From Promethearchaeota archaeon (lineage in GTDB: Archaea > Asgardarchaeota > Lokiarchaeia > Sigyniarchaeales > SOKP01): a stretch of 15,629 nt of DNA. Position numbers and translations under genes: made by a program. A model generated the notes under the pieces. It saw only the letters and a list, made by a program, of their open reading frames with translations. It had not been told where the DNA came from and searched no databases. The DNA lies in the NCBI GenBank assembly GCA_019057865.1, contig JAHLWP010000060.1, positions 1-15,629 of the forward strand, written 5' to 3'. Below, in pieces: positions 8,706 through 15,629 of this stretch (positions within the stretch are counted from its first letter, which is position 1; each line of letters begins with the position of its first letter).

Positions 8706-9529
8706 TCAAAATTTATTAGGTAAATATTCTAAAATTCCAGATCGCTTAAGATTTACATATAAATCATTTCCATGAAACTCCCAATCTTGCGTCCTATTCC
8801 ATTCCTCATAAATCTTGTCTTTCAAGTCTTGCATATTGCGGTATATTTCTTGATCTATTCCTGCTAATAGATCCCTTACATTTATTCCATGAACTCCACC
8901 TAAAATACACTCTAAGAAATAAGTCTTCCTTGGAGGATTTCTTGAATGAGTTGCAACCCTGATTGTCATTAAACGAATGTTTTTGTTATAATCTTTTTTT
9001 GCACCTATATCTGTATGAATCGCAATTAACCCGATTACATACCTATTACTATGTAAGCATTTCACTTTTACAGGATGAGGGAAATATTTATCCTAAAACC
9101 ATGAATTTTATCGCGTTAATTACCATTCCCTTCTTGGTCTGGATAAAAAGACCAGAGGAATTCAGCAATATTTAAATTTTGATTGTTAATTCTATTGCTA
9201 TTCGATAATTCCGTCTTTATTTTATTTATTAATTTGAGTGGATAACCCTCCCTTCTGGCAATCTTTTGTAAATCTTCATCTTGAATGTAATAAGCAAGAC
9301 ATTCAAAAGCGTTTTTTGAAATATCAATATTTTCATTGATCCTAACTTTCTCTCCAACAGGATTAAAATTTTCCCCAATATCCATGTAATGTCCTAAATT
9401 CGTATTGAAACCACGAATTTCTTTAAATCGAACGATAAAAGGATTAAAAACTTTAAGGTTTCTAGTTGATGTTATTTCATCAATTCCAAAACGGCTCATC
9501 AATGAACCACATCCAATTATTAAAATCAA
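8706..9529 (-). pseudogene. Disrupted gamma-glutamylcyclotransferase (GGCT/ChaC-fold)-like gene, split into ORFs 9116-9529 and 8706-9065
   Basis: 5' piece has IIGCGSLMS (family GYGSLM) and LQKIARREGY (family L..LDxREG); 3' piece has PPRKTYFLECILG (family P...Y...i..G). The pieces are in different frames across 9066-9115 and neither has a good start. Confidence 0.55.
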
Positions 9530-9674
9530 AATAATATAAACCTATATTTTAGTCCTAATAAAACTTATTATTCATTTTCTGACCTTTTAAAGATTTCGGC
9601 GAGTGTACCCTTACAATCCTTTCGACACTTTTCTCATGGATGTTTCATTCACGATCTTGATTCTCTTACAACTC

Positions 9675-10618
9675 TTATTCCCTATTTAGTTTTTCTAAAA
9701 ATATAGCATGTTCTTCTGAATATTTATATTTATTAAACCTTTCTTCCTCAATTAAATAAACAAATTTGGTTATTTCAATTAAAATTTTTTCGATTGTATC
9801 AACATTATAATATTTTTCAATATCTTCCAGAGGTAATTGATCGCCATGAATTATTTCATGTCTTAGTTGTATATTACTACCTTTTTTAGCAAAGACGCTT
9901 CGCCAGAGTCGAGTTTCTAATTCAGTCACTTCAATATCGACGAATCTAAAGCAATCTCGTGTAGTATCCTTTTCTTGAAAAGGCAATCTTCTTTTTAAGA
10001 ATTCTAATGGATAAGCGGGTTTAGTTTCATTTTCATAATATTCTCTGTATTTTTTAATCGAACCGTAATTCTAATTGATTATTCTTAATATTAAATTGTC
10101 AAGCGTTTCTCTTTATTGCTTTTTTTCAGATGTAATAATTCTTATCGCAAACATTTTCTGTCTCGGATTTTTCAATCCTAATATCTCTCTCAATATTAAA
10201 ATCTTTTACATCATATTCTTCCTTTAGATAATCAATAATATTAGAGATAATTGATTCATAAATAATGACCTTACAATAATGTTGGTTCAAACATGTTTTT
10301 TCAGGACATTCCAGATTTAATTTAATAATTTTCGATATAGGTGAAGATTTTATATTATAGTCTAGAATCTTCTTATCTCCTAAACTATAGAAATCGTCTT
10401 TGATCAAGTTCACCTCAAAAAACGGCACATCGCCCGAATTTAGGTGGTTAGAGCTTTCAACTCTAGGATGAAGTGCGTTAATATGGGTGAAATAAATATT
10501 ATCCACCGTTTTCTCAATCCCATCTTTATTGAGAAATGTGCACTGAATTATTTCGCCGCGCTCTGAAGGTTGTGAATACTCCTTGAGTGTCGATAAGTCT
10601 TAGATCCCTAAATGTCAT
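9675..10618 (-). pseudogene. Disrupted HEPN (RxxxxH) domain gene spanning ORFs 10126-10506 and 9675-9986
   Basis: A continuous protein-like reading can be rebuilt from ATG 10618 (MTFRDLRLIDTQG) with two frameshifts (~10570 and ~10150) and two in-frame stops in 10070-10115 (FAIRIITSEKKQ*RETLDNLILRIIN*NYGSIKKYREYYE...RRLPFQEKD). The C-terminus has LRHEIIHG. Confidence 0.6.
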
Positions 10619-10672
10619 TGGTCTAAATATGAGTAATAGAGATTAAAAGAAAGAATTCTAATTATTATAAAT

Positions 10673-11842
10673 TCATATGAACATCCAATCTGGAATACCC
10701 ATACCCACTTTATCTAATTTACTATTATATTTAAAATCAAAAATGTCTTGACGTTTAACAAATAGGCGATCCAATATTCTCTTGGCTTTAGTTGATTCGT
10801 AAATTTGATTATTGTTTAAAATACACTCTATTATCTTATCCATATTTGATTTTATTAGTCCAGAGCTTAATTGAGATATAATCGCAGCATTAATCCCAGC
10901 TATCTGGAAACTCCCGCTTTCACATAGTAGTTTAATAAATTTGGGTATTAAATTATTATCAATACAATGTTTTTTTAGTAAATCCATATCTAAAAATTGA
11001 GGTATTGACTCTTGTAATCTTTCAACTCTATAGTGGTTATTTTGAGAAATTACGGTTTCCATCATTTTTGAAAAAATCTCAATCTTTTCAGAAGCTGTAT
11101 TTCTAATTTTGATTGAATATATAATGAAATCATAAATAGCAGATTTATTTTTATATTCTTCAAAATCTTCAATAATGATTATTTCAGCTAGAATTTTCTC
11201 AATAACTTCATTTAATTTGTTAAATTTGAGATCTACAATTAAATCACTCATTTCTTCTTTATTCATGCTTTTTATGTCTTTTATAATATCCCTCGCATTA
11301 CCAACACTAAGATCTTTTAGAAGATTTAACTTCTTAGCAATATTAGCATGAGTTATACTATTAGTTATCAATAAGGATTTACCTTTTAGGACTTGATATA
11401 ATGGAAGTAATCCTCCTAATAATGTACTAATCTCTTCCCTTTTTTCAGATGCATAATTGGTTGGAAGTTGAGTAATTATATTATGGACATCAATATTTCC
11501 ATCCTTTTGGATATTTTTTAAATATTCCATTGTTCGTTCTGTAATTGTATCTTTATGATATTTTTTAAAATCTGGATCTTCTCTGAGAATATTTAGTAAC
11601 GAAATTAACTCCGAAAAGTCTCTGCTTCTATTAAGATGAGTATTAAAGAATAATATTGTATGCTTATTATCTAATCCATCACGGAAAATATAATATAATA
11701 GATTTTCAAATAAATTCCTTAATAAATATGGTAGAAGTCGAAAAAGCTCGGAACCATTAGCACATTTATTAATAAATTCTATAAACTTATTAAAATACTG
11801 TAGACCATAAGAATTGAAATCTTTATCAATAAATACAGACAT
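10673..11842 (-). CDS. HEPN (DUF4145-like) domain protein with helical C-terminal domain, probable Abi/defence protein
   Basis: 389 aa; LLRNLFENLL and IQKDGNIDVHN resemble the DUF4145 'LRxxxE ... RxxGNxAAH' signature. C-terminal SGSF...NNQIYES helical region. GGTGA RBS at 11850-11854. Confidence 0.55.
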   Translation of the reverse strand: MSVFIDKDFNSYGLQYFNKFIEFINKCANGSELFRLLPYLLRNLFENLLYYIFRDGLDNKHTILFFNTHLNRSRDFSELISLLNILREDPDFKKYHKDTITERTMEYLKNIQKDGNIDVHNIITQLPTNYASEKREEISTLLGGLLPLYQVLKGKSLLITNSITHANIAKKLNLLKDLSVGNARDIIKDIKSMNKEEMSDLIVDLKFNKLNEVIEKILAEIIIIEDFEEYKNKSAIYDFIIYSIKIRNTASEKIEIFSKMMETVISQNNHYRVERLQESIPQFLDMDLLKKHCIDNNLIPKFIKLLCESGSFQIAGINAAIISQLSSGLIKSNMDKIIECILNNNQIYESTKAKRILDRLFVKRQDIFDFKYNSKLDKVGMGIPDWMFI

Positions 11843-12119
11843 CTTTTTTTCACCAAGTAATTAAAAGTTATTAATAATTTAAACTTTTAAGAACTTGAAT
11901 TCTTTTTACGAGAACTTTTAGCAAAATTATTAATAGAATATATATTTCTAAGTTTGATTTCAAGAATTTTTAATAGATTTAAGAATATTTATTAATCTAT
12001 ATCATTTAATTATAGAAATACTTTCAGTAAAACTCTGCTGATATGGATTGGATTTCTCTTATTATTTAAGAGACTAAAGGATCGTGGAGTTCTTCTAATA
12101 AATTTTTTACTTTTAGATA

Positions 12120-12440
12120 AAAGTCCCATATACAAAAACAGTTTGGAGAAACAAACCAAAAAGATAAGATCTTATATATTCAATATGCTAGTTTTAAAAG
12201 AATCCCCAAGTATTACATAGAACAAGAAGAAAGATATGCTGTTGACCCACAAAGAATATAAATTTCAAACAAATGGCGGAAGTTTCAAAAAAAGCTCTAA
12301 AAAAACTTTCTAACAATCTGAGTAGATAATTAAGGCAATTAGGATTGAAAGCATAATTAGACTTGAAAACAATTGCCATGCGACTAGTTCATATTCGGGA
12401 AAAATTTAAATTGTCTAAATTACAATGTTTAAACTATAAT
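12120..12440 (+). pseudogene. Possible heavily degraded plus-strand gene remnant
   Basis: Protein-like stretches KSHIQKQFGETNQKDKILYIQYASFKRIPKYYIEQEERYAVDPQRI* and MAEVSKKALKKLSNNLSR*LRQLGLKA*LDLKTIAMRLVHIREKF; no family recognised. Confidence 0.3.
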
Positions 12441-13000
12441 TTAGGAAGGAGCTTTGGAATACCTTTTAATAGTTTTTGATATATTTCAAAGAAAGCATCA
12501 GCCTCTTGGTTGATATACTTTAAAAGGTTGTCCCAATCTTCCCCTTTAATGTAATTTCTCGCTGATAATCCATCTGTCATCTTCTTAGAGAATCTATCGA
12601 AAGAAGACCCTTTAAAATTGCCTCTATTTGCCATAACCAGAATAGTTTTCAATTCCATTCTCGGAACCTCATGAAAAAGAAATTTATAAGGAATTTTAAC
12701 ATTTAATAGTTCTTTACTACGATTCTTTATAACGATTAGATCATACTCTAAATTAACACCCGTGGGGATAAAATTCCATATTCTACGAGGTTTTTCCTTC
12801 CATCCCGTAATCTCTAAAAATTTATCGAGAATATCTTTTTCAGAGGAATCCCAGCTCTTTAATATTGTTAAAGGTTCTTTCGGTTTTCCTGAATCATCAT
12901 AGAAAGGACGATATTGAATGGTGACTATTTTATCTTTCAGAGGATCGACGCCATTTCTTCCTTCTGTATTAGTTTCTATATCTAAATAATAATTTGGCAT
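12434..13000 (-). CDS. RNase H-like / DnaQ-type DEDD 3'-5' exonuclease (RNase_H_2-like)
   Basis: 188 aa; ExoI YYLDIET, DKIVTIQY, SEKDILDKF, ExoII GVNLEYDL, ExoIII-like YINQEA. Confidence 0.75.
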   Translation of the reverse strand: MPNYYLDIETNTEGRNGVDPLKDKIVTIQYRPFYDDSGKPKEPLTILKSWDSSEKDILDKFLEITGWKEKPRRIWNFIPTGVNLEYDLIVIKNRSKELLNVKIPYKFLFHEVPRMELKTILVMANRGNFKGSSFDRFSKKMTDGLSARNYIKGEDWDNLLKYINQEADAFFEIYQKLLKGIPKLLPKL

Positions 13001-13108
13001 ACTTCATCATTCTTTATTTTTAATTTTTAATTTATTTACTCTGTTAAAATATTTAAATAAAAACAGTCTAGTAATTTTTTATCGACTCTTATTGATAAAA
13101 ATTTAAGG

Positions 13109-13483
13109 TTAAAGCTCTTTTATTTTTAAATGCCCATATCTTACATAAGGATCGTTTTCATTAATTAATTTAACACTAATCACTTCCAGCAAATAGAAAT
13201 CTCCATCATCTTGTCTAAGACAATAAACTGGAATATTATTTCTAAGGGCGAATTCCACCTCTCTAAACACACCTTTTCCAATATATCCTTCAAATTCAGA
13301 ACATATAATCAAATCCGAGGTTATAACCACATCTAGATATGGTCTCATTCCTTCTTCTTTCTTGTATTCAATCTCGGTATTAGGATTAAAGACATTTTCA
13401 TATTTTTCTCTCAAAAAACTATACTCTTCTTCTTCAACCTCAGTATCATAGATCTTTATACTATGAGCATAATAAACTTTCAT
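13109..13483 (-). CDS. Nucleoside 2-deoxyribosyltransferase (NDT/DUF4406)-fold protein
   Basis: 124 aa; KVYYAHS...VFNPN...SDLII...GKGVFREVEFALRNNIPVY follows the NDT pattern, including the catalytic Glu in GxxxE. Confidence 0.7.
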   Translation of the reverse strand: MKVYYAHSIKIYDTEVEEEEYSFLREKYENVFNPNTEIEYKKEEGMRPYLDVVITSDLIICSEFEGYIGKGVFREVEFALRNNIPVYCLRQDDGDFYLLEVISVKLINENDPYVRYGHLKIKEL

Positions 13484-13646
13484 AATACTATCATATCTAA
13501 TATTTTTAAAGAAATAAAGTGCTCACTTTTTCATAGAAAAAAATAAAATAGTTGATAAAATGATTTTGTTTAAAAGTAAAAAGTGAAATTATTAAATTTA
13601 TTAGATTGTATTATCATGACATATAATAAAATTAACTTGAATACAA

Positions 13647-13988
13647 ATGTCAGAAAAGAGTAGTAAATTAACCAATGAACAAGTTAAGGAAGTTGTTAAA
13701 CAATGTATCACTTTATTTGAAAAAGAAAATGAAATCATCAGCATATCGGAGCATTCCACATTTTATGGTTATCTCAGCCGAAAAGCATGGGAATTGGAAT
13801 ATATTGAAAAAGGTGATACATTGATACATTCGAATATAATTAAATGCGTTGAACAAATATGGAAATATGTGTTGGAAGGAATTTTGGCACCAGGATCAGT
13901 AAAAAGAGGTAAAGATAGATTTAATTATTTATTTTTCCCATATTTACATCTAACAGAAAAAGGAAAGAAAATAATCGAAGGATGGTAA
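13647..13988 (+). CDS. Hypothetical protein, winged-helix-like
   Basis: 113 aa; EQIWKYVLEGILAPG...LHLTEKGKKII resembles a wHTH recognition helix and wing ending in LTxKG. Confidence 0.5.
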   Translation: MSEKSSKLTNEQVKEVVKQCITLFEKENEIISISEHSTFYGYLSRKAWELEYIEKGDTLIHSNIIKCVEQIWKYVLEGILAPGSVKRGKDRFNYLFFPYLHLTEKGKKIIEGW

Positions 13989-14017
13989 TTATACAAAAAA
14001 ATTAAAGGATTCTAGAA

Positions 14018-14368
14018 ATGGTGAAATTACCCAAAGATATGCAAAAGAAGAAAAAACCAACGGAGATTCCATTAAAAAAGTTGAAAAATGAAATATTAAA
14101 AACTTTTAGGAGTGAATTTTTAAAAGCTAAAAGAAAAAATGACAACGATAAAAGGGAAGTCGTCAACGAGAATGGACATACTAGCGATGCGGGTGATTAT
14201 GTTAATATACATTATGAAGAGAAAGAAATCAAGGTTAAATTCAATTATGGTATGTTTGATAATGAACTTTTCACGAGACCAGATTTCAGAGAGAATTTTA
14301 ATTTTTTTAAGAATCATATTATTTTTTTGTACAATGTCAATAATGATCACCTTTCTTATAGTTATTGA
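14018..14368 (+). CDS. Hypothetical protein with Lys-rich N-terminus
   Basis: 116-aa ATG ORF 29 bp downstream of the previous gene, normal composition, no recognisable motif. Confidence 0.5.
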   Translation: MVKLPKDMQKKKKPTEIPLKKLKNEILKTFRSEFLKAKRKNDNDKREVVNENGHTSDAGDYVNIHYEEKEIKVKFNYGMFDNELFTRPDFRENFNFFKNHIIFLYNVNNDHLSYSY

Positions 14369-14646
14369 CATAAATATTTATATATACACAGGTAAAAGAG
14401 CATTTATTACTATTTTTGTTCTTGGGTTTTTTTTACTTATATTAATTAAAAGTTTACTTTTAAAGAAGAAAAAAAAGAAATCAAATAAGATCGAGTGAAG
14501 TTACATCCCTAATTCTATTGATAAATAAGAAATTATGATTAATATAGAAACTTTATTATGTACTCTTATTTTAACATCTATGGTTGGACGGAGTATCTAA
14601 CTTAACTAATTAATATATATGGAAATTATGAGACGACCATCTAAAA

Positions 14647-14829
14647 TTAGGCTATATCAAAATATGTTTCTTGTACTTGCTTAAGGGAAAAAGAAACCTG
14701 TTCTTGAAACTCTTTTCTACCTTTATTTAATAACCTATAGATGGTTTGCTCAGGACGATTACCTTCTTGTTTAGATCCTACTTCATTGATAAAGCCATCT
14801 CCTTCAAGCTGTCTTAGAGTATAATAAAA
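14647..14829 (-). pseudogene. PadR-family transcriptional regulator remnant (N-terminus lost), absent from the ORF track
   Basis: Minus-strand reading FYYTLRQLEGDGFINEVGSKQEGNRPEQTIYRLLNKGRKEFQEQV...YFDIA* matches the PadR 'IYxxLxxLExxG.I.......gxrPxrxxYxitxxGr' pattern. No start codon; in-frame stop upstream at 14881-14883. Confidence 0.75.
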
Positions 14830-14837
14830 ATTGCAAA

Positions 14838-15089
14838 ATGTTTCAATTTCAAAATTTATTTGAACAGCTATTTCAATATCTTAAGATTGAGCATTATTTA
14901 ATCCTTAATGATTTATGTGATGGGAAAAAGTTACTTGAACTTATTTATGACGATTTAGGGTTCCTAAGGAAGTATAATCCCTTGAAAAATCTCATGTGGA
15001 ATGATAAAGATAAACAATGGATGAATCATAAGTTATTTAATGAGAAATTTGAGCCATTATACCATCCATTACTTCCTGAAGAAAAATAA
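14838..15089 (+). CDS. Hypothetical protein, probably a 3' gene fragment
   Basis: 83-aa ORF abutting the PadR break point; no RBS; C-terminal part is protein-like. Confidence 0.35.
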   Translation: MFQFQNLFEQLFQYLKIEHYLILNDLCDGKKLLELIYDDLGFLRKYNPLKNLMWNDKDKQWMNHKLFNEKFEPLYHPLLPEEK

Positions 15090-15091
15090 CT

Positions 15092-15225
15092 TTATTTCTT
15101 TTTTTTCCATTCTTGGAATCCTTTAGTTAATTTACCGCAGTGAATTGCGTTTTTTCCAGTTTCTTCTTTATATTGCTTTTTTAAGGATTCAAGTTTAGGA
15201 TTTCCTTCTGCTTTTTTTTTTCCAT
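15092..15225 (-). pseudogene. Small basic protein gene frameshifted in an A10 homopolymer
   Basis: AGGTGA RBS (15233-15238), ATG 15225, G-A10, then in the shifted frame KAEGNPKLESLKKQYKEETGKNAIHCGKLTKGFQEWKKKK* ending at 15092. A8 or A11 would restore a ~43-44 aa ORF. Confidence 0.65.
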
Positions 15226-15448
15226 TTTCTAATCACCTATTATTCTCTAATTATTTTAAAATTATTTTTTTTTCTTTTTTTTACAAAAATTAGTTAAAAT
15301 TGATCATTTTGGACATCAAACATCAAAGTAAAGATTTAAATTTAGTGAGTTGCTTATATAACTACCTATAAGGGATTTTATAAAGAATTCTATAAAAATC
15401 ATGTTTTAATCAAACTACAGAATACTCTAAAAATAGAGGTGTAAAAAA

Positions 15449-15616
15449 ATGGTTAAGAAAAAGAGAGAAAAGAAAAAGAAAGTGAAGCAAGAAGAGAAAG
15501 AGGAAGAAAAGGAAGAAGAGAAAGAGGAAGTAAAAGAGGAAGAAAAGGAAGAAGAGAAAGAGGAAGTAAAAGAGGAAGTAAAAGAGGAAGAAAAAGAAGA
15601 AGAAAAGGAAGAATAA
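15449..15616 (+). CDS. 55-aa K/E-rich microprotein with KEEE/KEEV tetrapeptide repeats
   Basis: GAGGTG RBS at 15436-15441; MVKKKREKKKKVKQEE(KEEE/KEEV)9KEE then TAATAA. Synonymous codon variation among repeats is consistent with coding constraint. Confidence 0.7.
   Translation: MVKKKREKKKKVKQEEKEEEKEEEKEEVKEEEKEEEKEEVKEEVKEEEKEEEKEE
15497..15613 (+). repeat. Imperfect 12-bp tandem repeat (~10 copies, AARGARGAAGWR)
   Basis: Directly visible, e.g. AAAGAGGAAGAA / AAGGAAGAAGAG / AAAGAGGAAGTA, with a higher-order 36-bp period. Confidence 0.85.
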
Positions 15617-15629
15617 TAATTACTTAAAT

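Noticed and set aside
8963-9175. 70-aa plus-strand ORF
   Set aside because: Antisense to the GGCT-like pseudogene.
12194-12379. 61-aa minus-strand ORF
   Set aside because: Phe/Leu-rich shadow; the opposite strand looks more like decayed coding sequence.
9675-12440. Stop-codon recoding as an explanation for the in-frame stops
   Set aside because: Lesions include both TAA and TAG plus frameshifts, and intact genes end in TAA, TAG and TGA.
8000-14400. Named transposon or provirus
   Set aside because: No transposase, integrase, capsid gene or terminal inverted repeats recognised; no tRNA or rRNA seen in the window.
14120-14498. ORFs 14120-14371 (-) and 14139-14498 (+)
   Set aside because: Both overlap 14018-14368 in other frames; only the last ~38 codons of the plus ORF look real and are treated as a fragment.

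Overview
Very AT-rich prokaryotic DNA whose gene content (Rag-type GTPase with C-terminal roadblock domain, longin/roadblock proteins, DUF2341 surface protein, GGTGA/GAGGTG ribosome-binding sites) points to an Asgard archaeon, probably Lokiarchaeia; this taxonomy is an inference. Left half (1-7357): the 3' end of a probable PlsC-type acyltransferase and a DUF2229/CoA-activase-related gene. These are followed by a tightly coupled minus-strand operon encoding a 994-aa single-pass surface receptor-like protein, a RagA/Gtr1-like GTPase and a longin/uDENN-like protein, converging on a Zn-ribbon + roadblock gene. Together they look like a compact archaeal receptor-Rag-GATOR/FLCN-Ragulator-like signalling module, the best candidate for an undescribed system here. 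A duplicated 14-bp palindrome lies upstream of the operon. Right half (~8000-15629): an accessory, defence-like and partly decayed island. It holds an ART-like gene, a split GGCT-like gene, a disrupted RxxxxH HEPN gene, an intact DUF4145-like HEPN gene, a DEDD exonuclease, an NDT-fold gene, a wHTH-like gene and a PadR remnant. It ends in a divergent pair of unannotated microproteins. All family assignments come from motif recognition by eye, not database searches.
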